A stretch of 61,896 nt of DNA, the filler included, from Nemertoderma westbladi (Eukaryota > Animalia > Xenacoelomorpha), in NCBI GenBank assembly GCA_032718475.1. It is 3 parts of 3 records of this genome, joined end to end, with 100 filler letters (N's around TTAATTAATTAA, not from the genome) between each part and the next. Parts side by side here need not be neighbours in the genome. Positions count along the whole stretch, not along the records: positions 1 to 30,225 come from JAUCBJ010000718.1; 2 more parts are not named here. One strand, 5' to 3'. Positions 1 to 12,380 of the stretch are shown here, one piece after another. The notes under the pieces were generated by a model. That model was given only the letters and a program-made list of their open reading frames with translations. It ran no database searches and was not told the origin of the DNA. Every line of letters begins with the position of its first letter. The stretch's first letter is position 1. The position numbers and the translations under genes were made by a program.

Positions 1-1850
1 ATATCGACGGCCTTACGAATACCGAGCCCGCGAACGCGAGTTGAAAAGGACCATTAAACCCCGGAAGTTTCTAACTGCCTATGGTCCACCCACGGCCCTC
101 GTTCAGACCACTCGTAAAGGACCCGTAAGAGCGGCTGTCTTGAAACGAGCTCTCAAAGCCGTTAGACCCCTCTCACCTGACGTTGATGTCAATCAACCCG
201 GTACTTCGACTGGCGGATACACCGACCATAATCCTACACCCTCTGATGCAATCATATTGCACCCTTCACCCAGGAGTTATAGCCCTCCTTGTAAAGTGGC
301 TCGCCCCAAAGAGAAAAGGACTCTGGCTAGCTTTAAAAAACTGCGTAAACGCCGTCCGCGCAAGAAAGACTAACTGTTTAGAGTATTTACGTATATTAGA
401 AACTGTGATTTTGTATATTTTATAGACTCAAATCCCATTTTCTGGGAGCGGTGTAAAAGCTTCTGTGGGATATAACTGGCCCTTTTGCTTCGCAATCCAG
501 TTTCCCCCCAGGCGCTGGAATACTCTAAAAGGGTTCTCTAACTGTATATACATTCCCCTCGCCCGCAAAGTAACGTTACAGGTGTTTTAACGGACATAAA
601 AGTCATTCTGCTATATACGTGTTTTAGCGGACATGGTAAGGCAAAAAACCTGCAATGCGACAAATACCTTTCATAGCTTAGCCGTGATGATTCATATTAC
701 GACATCTAACAGCTGGTTGCTGACATGGAAACAGCCATTGGACGCATGGTTCTTTGTTTGGCTTGAGCCAATCAGAGCGATTTTTCCTGTCGACGTGTAG
801 CTTTTCGGTCGATCATAAGGAGAGTGTTCAGTCTTACTGTTTTTTCTTGATACTTTGTGTTATTGCTATCTAGGCCAGGAACTACGGCTCTAGAGTCAAT
901 TCGTTTCAGACTTTAGAAGAAACATTAGTAGGCTTAAATTATAGAGCGTATGACTGTTATCAATACACAGTCCAATTCATATCATAACTTAACAATTCAC
1001 TTATCTTATCATACTTTGTTTGATACTTATCGGTTCAACATACATTATTATACTGCTATTTACTGTTGTGTTTTGGTTGAATATTATTTGGAGAACATAT
1101 ATAAAGAACCCAAATTTCCCAATTTTCTTGATACACTACAGGTTAGAGAGACGGGTTATATATAGCGATTGCGACTTATAGTGTTGTGGTTTGTAGTGAA
1201 TTTAATGCTATTTGATAAGCACTACATTGGTCCGTTGCTGTTTTCTTTATATATGATAAAATTCATTGACGGTCGGCAAATTAGTGTGCAGTATTGTGTG
1301 TTACCGGTAGTGTGCATGATTGCGGTTGATAACTAAGCATTTCCTAAAGAATGCGCCTCATACGTGAATCTTAAGCCTTACCGACTTACCGTTGTGATTA
1401 GTATAAGTCATATCTCTGTCTATCTAGATAGAGCGCCACGTCCTAAAGGAACTGTTAATATTTCCCGAAAGTAAATAATATTAGTCAGAAATTAATTATT
1501 AACGATCAATCGAATAATACAATACAGTAAGCTTCACTGCAATAATAATCTAAGCCCTCAGAATCCAGTCTCCCGGGATTATCCAGCGGGTGAATGGACG
1601 CGCACTAGGCTGGCTTCTGCTAATGTTGTGTTTATTGGTATTAAATCTTTGTCATCTTCTAAAGTATATTTATAAACCAAAAGACATATAAATTTTGGCA
1701 GGTTAAACTGCCAAAGGTCTTCAAAAGCGCGTACAAAGCCAGGTGGTTTATAGGAATATAATCAATGCAGTACTCGTCTTCATTATAAGCCTCTTTGCGT
1801 TCGACCTGTTTTGTATTAAAATATATTTATTAAACGCAGGCTGACGCTCT

Positions 1851-2207
1851 TTATAAATAATAATACCTAGGGATGCCAGCTTCCAGACTTTCAATCTTTA
1901 CTGCCGCGCAAACCCCGCAGAGGAAGTTTTGGTTTGAGAGATCAAGCCCATCGGCAATTGGTGTTTCAATTTCGGTCCAGGAACTCTGACAATGGGAGCA
2001 TTCAATCTTAGCTGTGGTCCATTCCCGTGGTTTCGGCTTCCTTTTCTTCGTCCCAATGACTGATTCTTCTGAAGACGTTCGATTCGCTTTCAGTTTATTG
2101 TTGGCGTTTGTGTTTTGAAGTTGTATTCGAGTGGACAGTCGCGCCGGTTTCGAGGTAACCATACCGACCTGTGATAAGCGTTGGTTTTGTTGAGTGCCGG
2201 TATTCAT
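1851..2207 (-). pseudogene. Possible truncated non-LTR retrotransposon ORF1 N-terminus with a PHD-like Cys cluster
   Basis: A basic N-terminal region is followed by ECSHC...W...NFLCGVC and then a helical 'VKIESLE' segment. This resembles the layout of CR1/L2-type ORF1 proteins. The frame then runs into unrelated AT-rich sequence. Confidence 0.3.
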
Positions 2208-2867
2208 CTTCTCTCACCTCTTCAATGTCAGATGTTGCAAATACTGATAACACGAATAACGGTATATATTTCAATACTTGTCAATAGTAATATATATAAT
2301 TTAGATAACTATTTTATATCTGTACTGTTGAGCAAACTCTACATAAATTCCAACCTGTGTATCGCCGGTAGTGCTGTTGCTGTGCAAGTGTTGACGTGCT
2401 AGTTGCCACCGGTCAGCCGGTACCGGTAGTAGGGTGGTACCTACGGTGCGCACTACAACGGCAGTACAGCAATACGGTGTACCGTGCCAATGACTGAATG
2501 ATTAGCGGTAACTATCTAAACTATTACTGTATTACTGTATTATATTATTATTACCGGTGCCGGTACTGGGCTAATTAGGCCTAAACTATAATCACCGCAT
2601 GGGTTGGCGGGGCCATGTTTAATTAGATTACATGATATGGCATGTCTGCAGTGTATGGTACCGGCTGACCAGTATTGCAGTATCGACTGATTGCAGGATT
2701 CTCGATTCAGGGAATGAGTACAGCCTGACAGTACCGGTACACATGGTACATGCAGAATTGCAAAATTTGTCAGAAACCCAGCTGATATATCCTACAGTAA
2801 TAATAATTTAACGCATTTTAAATTTGGATAAATAAATTTATTATAACTGCAATAACAGTTACACTGA

Positions 2868-3084
2868 TGCTGCACGAAGGCCCCACGCAAATTCTACTTG
2901 GAAAATTTTCAAACTTTTGCCAAACAACATGTGTACCAAGTTTGGATAGATTTCATCAAGGATTGGCCGAGTTATTAACGTTTAAAATAAAATACTGAAA
3001 AAAAACGCGACAGAACGACAGAACGACAGGTTGATTAATGGTACCACTACGCTAAGGCTCACTCACTTCGTGGCTCGCCCCACA
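2868..3084. mobile_element. Helentron/HINE-like non-autonomous repeat, copy 1
   Basis: Shares the motifs tgctgc(a/g)cgaaggccccacg and cacttcgtggctcgccccaca, 'ccaagtttgg' and (cgacagaa)n with the copies at 10436-10753 and about 20658-21597. Confidence 0.5.
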
Positions 3085-3697
3085 ACCAGGTTTGTAAATC
3101 ACGCTGGGCAGCCAAGCCCAAAGCCAGAATATCGTTGCTAAGGCAACGTCCTATCAGAGCTTCAAGGTGCAGGTAGGTTACTAGCAGTGTAAGTAATGGA
3201 GCTGACTGCTCACCGTATATTGACAAATATTGGGTTCACTGAAACGTTCATTCCAACATTGCATAATACTACAAATATTATACTGACTTATTGTTTGGTA
3301 ATATTTTCACCAAGGGAGAAATATTTGGATAGCATTCTAAAAAATTTTTTTTTCATTATATTATACTTTGGTGTACATAAGCTTCTGTACTTTTTTCTTT
3401 CATCTTTAACTTAATTACAGAATTATTCTTATTTCAGTATTTCCGAAGCCTTTCGGTTTTTTTTTCTCTCCTTAGGAGTTACATATTATTGAGATTTAGT
3501 CGCGAAATATAACATACATTGTTCTTGTATATAACATACTGTATGGTATATATGTAGTCATACATATACCGAAACTCACGTTAATAATAATGCAATTATT
3601 TTGGCAACGGCTTTACTGCTGTTATATCTTTAAAATTACGCATCTATCTGTTTATCCGAATCCCTTAAGGCAGTAAGGGGAAGACAGCCTATGGGCT

Positions 3698-4632
3698 CAG
3701 GCGGATGTCCGGATCCCTTCACGGGAGGACAGCCTATATCTACAGGCGGATGTCCGGATCCCTTTACTGGAGGACAGCCTAATATACAGGCGGATGTCCG
3801 GATCCCTTTACGGGAGGACAGCCTAATATCTACAGGTGGATGTCCGGATCCCTTCACGGGAGGACAGCCTAATATCTACAGGTGGATGTCCGGATCCCTT
3901 TACGGGAGGACAGCCTAATATCTACAGGTGGATGTCCGGATCCCTTTACGGGAGGACAGCCTAATATACAGGCGGATGTCCGGATCCCTTTACGGGAGGA
4001 CAGCCTAATATCTACAGGCGGGTGTCCGGATCCCTTTACGGGAGGACAGCCTAATATCTACAGGCGGATGTCCGGATCCCTTCACGGGAGGACAGCCTAA
4101 TATCTACAGGCGGATGTCCGGATCCCTTCACAGGAGGACAGCCTAATATCTACAGGCGGATGTCCGGATCCCTTTACGGGAGGACAGCCTAATATACAGG
4201 CGGATGTCCGGATCCCTTTACGGGAGGACAGCCTAATATCTACAGGCGGGTGTTCGGATCCCTTTACGGGAGGACAGCCTAATATACAGGCGGATGTCCG
4301 GATCCCTTTACGGGAGGACAGCCTAATATCTATAGGTGGATAATGTCCAGATCTCTTTACGGGAGGACAGCCTAATACTGTAATATCTATAGGTGGATGT
4401 CCGGATCCCTTTATGGAAGGACAGCCTGATATCTACAGGCGGGTGTCCGGATCCCTTTACGGGAGGACAGCCTAATATCTATAGGTGGACAATGTCCGGA
4501 TCCCTTTACGGGAGGACAGCTTAATATCTATAGGTGGATGTCCGGATCCTTTCATGGGAGGACAGCTTTCAGGCTGATGTCCGGATCCCTTTATGGGAGG
4601 ACAGACTACAGGCGGATTTCCGGATCCCTTTA
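3698..4632 (+). repeat. 44-46-bp minisatellite, about 20 copies, each unit self-complementary
   Basis: Unit caggcggatgtccggatccctttacgggaggacagcctaatatcta. Successive 'cagg' at 3787 and 3833 give a period of 46. The array degenerates at both edges. Confidence 0.95.
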
Positions 4633-4993
4633 TTCAATGAGAGCCTATTATATAACATGCTCTTAGTACAAGGGCAGCGTGTTGTCAGAAGCTAGGTATT
4701 ATATCTATTTATTTTTTTTCCCTTTCTTATGGATCATAATGTTATGCTGACTCGTTGGTTAGATATAACTAGCTGAGTACGGTATAATCGCTATAATTTA
4801 TTCATCAACGAACAATATAACTGCAGAATAAAGCTCATGACACTGTTCTTTGATCTCAGCAAATACTTTGAGATAAACACAGATATCTTAAACAGAGCTC
4901 CGATCATGACAACCTTAGACACAGCACAAAGGTTATATCCTTAGTGGTGAATTCTTAACCCTCTCAACACCGTCAACATTACCCGCAGCTACA

Positions 4994-6736
4994 TTGCAGG
5001 AATTCCTAGATTTACCGATTCATTCAGTAGAATATATGATAAACAAAGAACCAACAACCCCGATTCACATAGAAAATTTAAGGAAGGATTTGCAATATTA
5101 CCCTGATCAACAATTTGTGGCAGAATTGCTCACACAGTTAACCAATGGTGTCAACATAGGTTACAATGGTCCCAGAGATAAATTTATATTCCGTGAAAAT
5201 AATAAGTCCGCACTTGATAATGCACTACAAGTAGACGAGTTACTGACCAAAGAAATTAAATCTGGCTTCATCGAAGGCCCCTTCATCAATGTACCCAAGA
5301 TAACAACATCATCTTCCCTTATTGTTGTAAACCCACTATCATTGAGTGCCATCAAAAACAAAAAGCCAAGGCTCTGTGTTGACTGCTCACACAATCTTAA
5401 AGGGACATTAAATAGCTTTATTTCTGATGAAGATTCCGCTGTGACATATACAACGATAGATGATATCGTGGATAGTGTCATGTCCTGTGGAAATCATGCT
5501 CTAATCGGAAAATTAGATGTCAAAGATGCTTTCAAAATCATCCCAATCTCAAAGAAGGATTGGTGTCTCCTGGGAATTAAATGGCGAAATATGTTTTTTG
5601 TATGCATCAGATTAGTATTCGGATTAAGATCAGCAAGTCGCATATTTCAAAATTATAGTACTCTAATAAAAGACACAATTATTAACAAATTATCAATCCT
5701 TCCATGTCCTCCTAGCCAAAATCTCGAACTCGAAATAGACACAACAACATTGCTATCAGATATCACTAAGATTGATCACTTACTAGATGACTTTATTATA
5801 ACAACTGTTAATATTCCAGAATTGGCCACATACACTTTCAATTTGATAATTGACATTTTCATACACTATCACATTCCTCTAAATACCCAGAAAACTTTCC
5901 CCCCCGAACACCGGCAGACAGTATTCGGGATTGGAATAAACACCATTTCAATGAAGTTCTTTGTGCCAAATGACAAGCAAGGTACAGCCCTAGCAGAAAT
6001 TCACCGATTTCAAAACATGGCATCAGGAACTATGATAAATAAACGTGTGCTTCAGAGCCTTATTGGGCTACTATCATTCATCTCTAAAGCAGTATGTGCT
6101 AGTCGCACATTTCTTCATCGCCTCATTAATGCAATATCAGTGTCCAAGCATCAAAAGATGATCTGCATTCCAGGTAAGTTGCACCTCGACCTGGAATATT
6201 GGATATTTGCATTACACACATTACATAACTATCAAGCACCTTTACAAAACCCAACCATGCTGACTCCTAGCCAACACACCCTGTCAACAGATGCATCTGG
6301 GTTTGGTTTGGGAGGTACTTGTAATGAAGACTGGTTCTCAGTATGGCTACCAGAACAGATGACTAACAATCAATTATCAATAGCAGCAAAAGAGTCAGCG
6401 GCTATACTACTCGCAGTTAAAGTATATGGGCGATCTTTTGGTGGTTCAAGGCTACTAATTTATAGTGACAGTGAGACCAGCATACATGCATTTGCAAAGG
6501 GAACTTCCAATAAGCCAGTGCAGATGACACTGATTCGCCTACTTCTCCACACTTGCACAGAATACGGAATAATGGTATTCTGCCAGCACATCCCAGGACA
6601 TGACAACATTGGTCCAGATCTCTTGAGCCGTCTCAGGATCAGCAAATTCAAAGCTTTGTTTCCAAAAATGAATGGAGACCCAACTGTTCTTGACCAATGG
6701 TTCGAAATCAAACAAGCCATTTTCAATCCAGTATAA
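4994..6736 (+). mobile_element. DIRS/Ngaro-type tyrosine-recombinase retrotransposon ORF: reverse transcriptase + RNase H
   Basis: The 580-codon open frame has YPD..F...L..GV.IGY.GP, KPRLCVDCS, KLDVKDAFKIIPI, RLVFGLRSA, HLLDDF (Ngaro elements typically have HYLDDF), and the RNase H motifs STDASGFG, E in 'AAKES', SDS and HIPGHDNIGPDLLSR. The start codon is uncertain. Confidence 0.9.
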
Positions 6737-7935
6737 AAATAAACATAGACAATGCTACAATCAACAATGTCCACAAGTAAGAAAATGTATTTTATTTATT
6801 TTATATAATTTTTTTTTTCTTTCATACGTTATACCAAATGAATACTATAGCTATCCCAAGGTGATCATCGTTTCACAGTCAACAATATATCTTAACATTT
6901 AGCGGTATCATGGTTCGTTCATGGTAAAATATCATGCATAGATAAGTAAATCTGTTTTCAATAAGTATATAAAATCTACAACATCATGTCAGTTCCAGAG
7001 ATAAATTATACAATTGGCACTGTTGCATATAGAGGCGAAAGCAACTCATGGTTGAGATTACAACTGTCAACCGAGGGTCCCATCTGGGAGGGCACAGAAG
7101 CCCCAAGTAGTGCATCACAATATCTGGTGTTGCATCATGGTGAGCAGGTAACATTCTCTGGTGTAGTATACAAATTAAATAAAGCCATCAATAAGGATTG
7201 TATTCTTTTTATTCCGGTCAGAGCAACATCCCCTGAGCCACACATACAACCTGAGACAGCCCAAGAACATGAAATTACATTCATGGTGAAGTTTGTAGGA
7301 GTTTTGTTGAGGGCTCAACAAAATTATTCTATGGATGGGATAACACAATCGAAAGGAAACAAACGCCAAGAAACACGATCGGACAAGGAAGTGCCTGGGG
7401 TATTGTCATCAACACGACCACTTGAAAGGGACACGGTGGATCAACTTCGCTTGTTTTATCCCTCTTCAGAATAGCAAACAGGATTACCTAACTAGGCTAG
7501 ACTTCCCCAAACACGAACGCGAGCAATTCGACAGACAATGGTGCATAACGACAACGTTTGCATTATATCACTATATATATGTATTTCCACAGGAGATCGC
7601 TGTAAACTCTATATACGAGTAAATACGCTATTAGTTCAATTCAATTTTCCCTCTTTCTACTGTCACTATACACTGTTATCCTGTTACAACACAAAATAGT
7701 TTCACGGTGTTATGAACCATCTTAACCATGCGTGCGCCGACTAATGCGATTTGCACCGACTCAAATATGGTCTGGGGGGGGGGGTGACCCACCCCTCCCC
7801 CCCCCCCCCCCCCCAGACCATGAAACCGCCCCTGTGGAACGTATAGGAAGATACGTCAAACAATGCATTTCGGTATAGTCCAACATAATTGAATAACTTC
7901 CTTACAAAAGTAGTATAAATTAAAATTAAATAAAT

Positions 7936-9255
7936 ACTACTTACTACTAGGTCGAGCGAACTCGGACAGTGGAAATGAGATCCAGGCTTCCCGATTCTCC
8001 ATAGTTGTCGCAATTTCGTTTCTCCTAAGTTCAGTATCCCTTTCAAGTTGATCTATATATGTTATGGCCGGTCGTCCACGACTACGCTTTCCATGAGTTG
8101 GTTGCCAGAAAAGTAGATCTGGTATGACCTCGTCTTTACTTCGCCAGCAGTTCCCACTGAATCTTAATCTGCGTTCACGGAGGGTGGTTGATATAGGTGG
8201 TATTGTACCATAAAGCTCGGCGTTTGTCATGTGTTGTCTCCAGCTGATGTTTAGGGCTGCCCTTAAGTAGTCTTGTGTAGCAACCATCAATTCGTTGTTC
8301 AAGTGATTTAGTCAGTGTCCAGGTCTCACCCCCATATAAAAATACACTTTCCACTGTGGCTCGAAAGAACTTAGTCTTCAGGTGCCTGGAGAGATCTGAT
8401 TTCCAGATGGTATCCATTTTTGATAGAGCTACCCAAGCCTTTGCTTTCCTAACTTCTATGTCCTTTTTGCTACTCTCTATCCATGATCCAAGGTACTGGA
8501 AGTCATCGACCTTCCTTAGTTGATTATTATCAATGGTTGTCAAGTTTCCATCAACATTAAAGGTCATGAATTCGGTCTTTGTAGCATTTATATGCAATCC
8601 AACCTCCTTAGCAGCCCTCTCCACTTTATTTAGTAGAAGCTGTGCATCTGCTAGGGTATTAGAGAGCAGGGCGATGTCATCCGCAAAGTCGGTGTCTGTG
8701 ACTGTAGTTGCCGGATATCTACTACTTCTGCGTTCTTGAAGTGTGAATCCCAGGTCTTCACCCTTTGTGGCCGTCCTCATAGCATAATCCAGCACAATTA
8801 CAAATAGTAATGGTGCTAATGTGTCACCTTGCAGTACCCCAGCCAGGATTGAGAAAAACTCAGTTTCACCATCTGGTGAGAGTACCTGCGCTTCTGTGTC
8901 ACAATATAACAATCCAATGCCAGCAACAATTACTTCTGGTATTCCATAAGCTCTTAGGATTTCAAGCATTTTACCTCTATGGATGGAGTCGAATGCCTTC
9001 TTAAAGTCCACAAAAGTCATGACAGCGGGGAGATTCTTTGACTTAATTCCTTCAATCAGTCTCCGTAGTGCAAGTATCTGAGCTATTGTTGATCTACTTG
9101 GTCGAAATCCGTTTTGGCTCTTACGCAGTAGTTTCTCTATGTGAGGCCTAATCCTATATAGAATCATTTTATTGTATATTTTGGCAGCTACCACAAGCAG
9201 ACAGATCCCACGATAGTTTGTTGGTATGCCGAGGTCTCCTTTCTTGGGGAGAGGC
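7936..9255 (-). mobile_element. RTE-like LINE family A, 5'-truncated and frameshifted, with (TAG)n tail
   Basis: RT motifs QNGFR, FVDFKKAFDSI, GVLQGDTLAP and DFADDIALL. The C-terminal 'RGRPAITY' lies in a second frame (frameshift near 8263). The tail reads tactacttactacta on the + strand at about 7935-7949. Near-identical to the copy at 43780-46666. Confidence 0.93.
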
Positions 9256-10435
9256 TTTAATTAATGAAAGGGAAAGGAAAGGAAAGGCTTTATTAATTAA
9301 ATAATTAAAATTAATAAAGAAAAAACAGCCAGCCGCTTGGTCTAGTGGTTAAATGTTTCAGTGAGGTTCCCGTCACGCACGCCCTCCACTCCACGCTTCC
9401 CCTCCCTATACATGCCGCGCCCTTTACTATACTGTAGGTAGCTACTATCTATCTCTAAAATTTAGACGACTTAATTGAATCGATAGATTAACGAAATAGT
9501 ATATAATCATGTTTTTTGATAAGAAAGGAGCATACAAATTTGCATTTTATACAAATTGACAATGACTTTTTATGATTTTGCGCGCCACACCCTTTCTTTA
9601 CCGGTAGTTGATTTCTTATTACTCGAACACTTTGACCTACATTACCATGGATTAATTTCTATTTTCAAGTTGTAGTATTTGTTACCGAAATGTAATCAAA
9701 AAAAATAACTACAGTAACCAACCGCCTTCCTAATATTATATTGGACAAAGTAAAATTGGTATAATATTGCTGCATACATACTGTAGTGCATCATTCAGTA
9801 CAAAATTCCTTGAGATCCTACTGTAGATTAGATCCGCAAGGATCATCATTATTTCACAGTCTTCAGCAACGAGAAAAATGGTTGATAAAAGTAATACCAT
9901 AGACTTCATTGGGTAGCCTGAGTGAGTAGTTAGTGATAGAGTAGCAGTAAGCCTATACAATAGGCCTACATACTGTAATACATTAATTAATGTAGCCCAT
10001 AAAAGCAGGTGGAACATCTCGAAGACATCGACTCAGCGGCATTCCTTTTATGTAATGTTTCTCAATTACTTAATGCATCTCAATGCAAAGATAAAATCCC
10101 ATTGTATTTCTATATAAAAGGCCTCTATTTCTCGTATTTGTACACAGTATTGTATGATGAAGTCTACTCTACTGTATATTGTTACATTTTTCTTTAAAAT
10201 AAAGTTATACAGTATTGCTGAATAAGACACAATCGAACCTCAATTCAGTCATTACAGCTGATCCGAGTGACGGAAATAATTATACAAAATATCGGCCACG
10301 TTCTAGCGATGTGTAACATGGTATGTACAGAAAGTAATAATGTAGGAATGTAGCGATGCTACTACTGTATGTAGGCCTACTGTAGCCGTAGCGTTATGAA
10401 ATATATAATTTAAATATAAAATTTACAGTATATAT

Positions 10436-10753
10436 TGTGGGGCGAGCCACGAAGTGAGCGAAGCCTTAGCATATGGGTGCCATTGGCGAGTTGTCTGTCG
10501 TCGTCTGTCGTAAATTTTTGATCGCTAATAACTCGGTTATTCCTCGATGAAATTAAACGAAACTTGGTACGTATGTAGTCCGTCAAATAGTTTAGAAAGA
10601 ATCTGAAGTTTGGTCAAAAACGAACGAACGCAACGAGGCACAAGAGGAGGACGAGTATTGTGTTGAAGACTTCGGACGAACGGCAGACAACTCGTTAATG
10701 GTGCCCATATGCTAAAGGCTTTGGTCACTTCGTGCTGCGCGAAGGCCCCACGA
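10436..10753. mobile_element. Helentron/HINE-like non-autonomous repeat, copy 2
   Basis: Imperfect inverted ends (gtggggcgagccacgaagtg ... cacttcgtgctgcgcgaaggccccac), an internal (ctgtcgtcgt) microsatellite and 'aacttggtac', as in DINE-1-like elements. Confidence 0.55.
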
Positions 10754-10815
10754 ACGTGTACTTACTGTACTGTTCTATGGATACACGCGTGCTCCCGCAG
10801 GGAATATAATTGAGA

Positions 10816-11068
10816 CAGGGGGGGAAACTGGACGCAAAACCCGCCTTGGCGAATTAATATCCCGCCTCAATGTTAAATTCCCAATTTAGGGAAAGGAGCA
10901 GGTTACAGTGGAACGATATTTTAACCAAAACAATAAACTAAACACAATATAACAGCTTACAGTTTTATTTTCGAGAGTAATCAACAGTTATTTGCGTCCA
11001 ATTTCCCCGGGAGAGGGATGAATTTTTATTGCGTCCAGTTCCCCCCCCCCCCCCCCCCCCCCCCCCGG
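10816..11068. mobile_element. MITE with G/C-tract terminal inverted repeats
   Basis: gggggggaaactggacgcaa ... ttgcgtccagttccccccc. The internal 'agggaaagga.caggttacagtgg' recurs at about 25971 and, inverted, at about 26325. Confidence 0.7.
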
Positions 11069-11161
11069 ATATAATTCGGATATAATTATATTCTATCTAT
11101 CGGATATAATTATATTTTACGATTGCAGGTTACATTGTGGGAGCAGTAAGGGGATCTTGCG

Positions 11162-12088
11162 ATGTGGACCTTGCTATTTATTTCGATATGTTCAAAGCTT
11201 GCGCTTAAAGTAGATTCGTCTGGGTCATCAGTAGACGATGTTTTATTGGATAACGTCAGCAACTCTGGCGTGTGTCCTGCGACACCCCCAGACGTTGTCG
11301 GTCCATACTACGACCCAAACGCCCCAGACTTGTACAAACTCTGTACCGGCGACTCCCTGTACGAAGAGGTTCCCAAACTACTTGTCCGCGGTTCAGTCGC
11401 TAAGTCAGAATGCGGGGAGTTTCCGCAAAGTGGCGTCGTAATAGAGGTTTGGCAAGCGAATACAGACGGAAGCTACGACGACGTAAGTCGATGTAGATCC
11501 AAGTTCCCTACTGATCGCTATGGTAACTACTCGTTCCTAACGATCCACCCCGGTCGCTACACCATCGACGAGGCCAAACAGAAGACGAGACCCGCCCACA
11601 TTCACTTCAAGGTCTCCGCCCCGCCCGGGTACAGAGATCTAATCACGCAAATGTACTTCAAGGGGGATCCTTATTTAGGTCTCATGGATGGATGCACTAT
11701 GTGCCAGTCTGGTAACCCCTCTCTAGTTGTCGACCCGGTTGCCATGGATATAAACGGCACGCTGTATTATAAAGTTCAATTCGATATTGTTTTAAGCGAA
11801 GGAACCGATTTGAACACAATTGAAACGGTAAAATTTTACAACAAAACCATCAACACTACGGCTGAATGGTTCGAGGATTACATGGAATATGTTCAGGATA
11901 TCGAAGATATCAACGATATGTCGTACGATTTGTTTGAAGATGAGTTAGTGCCCTCAGTTGAGGAAGGTACTACTCCAGCCCCACCCATAGGTTCTGTGAA
12001 AGGATTGTTTAATGTTTTATTTGGCAAAGCAATCAACTTGCGGGACTATATTAACACTGGATTGCGTGGAATAAATGTTGCTAAATAA
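11162..12088 (+). CDS. Secreted intradiol ring-cleavage dioxygenase (catechol 1,2-/protocatechuate 3,4-dioxygenase fold)
   Basis: Motifs C..TP....GPYY, IEVWQANTDGSY (Tyr ligand), TIHPGRY (Tyr ligand), RPAHIHFKV (two His ligands plus Arg) and LITQMYF. The N-terminus is hydrophobic. A splice acceptor ttttacgattgcag lies about 33 nt upstream of the ATG. Confidence 0.92.
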   Translation: MWTLLFISICSKLALKVDSSGSSVDDVLLDNVSNSGVCPATPPDVVGPYYDPNAPDLYKLCTGDSLYEEVPKLLVRGSVAKSECGEFPQSGVVIEVWQANTDGSYDDVSRCRSKFPTDRYGNYSFLTIHPGRYTIDEAKQKTRPAHIHFKVSAPPGYRDLITQMYFKGDPYLGLMDGCTMCQSGNPSLVVDPVAMDINGTLYYKVQFDIVLSEGTDLNTIETVKFYNKTINTTAEWFEDYMEYVQDIEDINDMSYDLFEDELVPSVEEGTTPAPPIGSVKGLFNVLFGKAINLRDYINTGLRGINVAK

Positions 12089-12380
12089 AACAGTTTAAGA
12101 AAATTAACCAAAAATTATGTAGAATTTATTACCGATGTATAAAGGATTACAGACCGTTGTTACTCCCCTTTATACAGTAGTGAGTATACAGTATACTGTA
12201 CTGTAGTGTTAGTTTTCCGGTATGTAAGTAACAAATAAGTCCAACTGGTATTGTACAGTAATAAGCTTCTAAGCTTCAACAGTTCAAACAAAAATTGAAT
12301 TCACTAGTTCACAGGATTGAATTCACTTAGTTTTATTATTTTCTTTAATACAATAAAATAAATTTATCGTTTCGACTGTA

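Noticed and set aside
3636-4100. GGCPDPFTGG-repeat ORFs
   Set aside because: They are translations of the 44-46-bp minisatellite, whose unit length is not a constant multiple of three.
9328-9375. tRNA gene (tggtctagtggttaa A box); similar B-box fragments near 18688 and 40167
   Set aside because: Only isolated boxes are present, with no cloverleaf.
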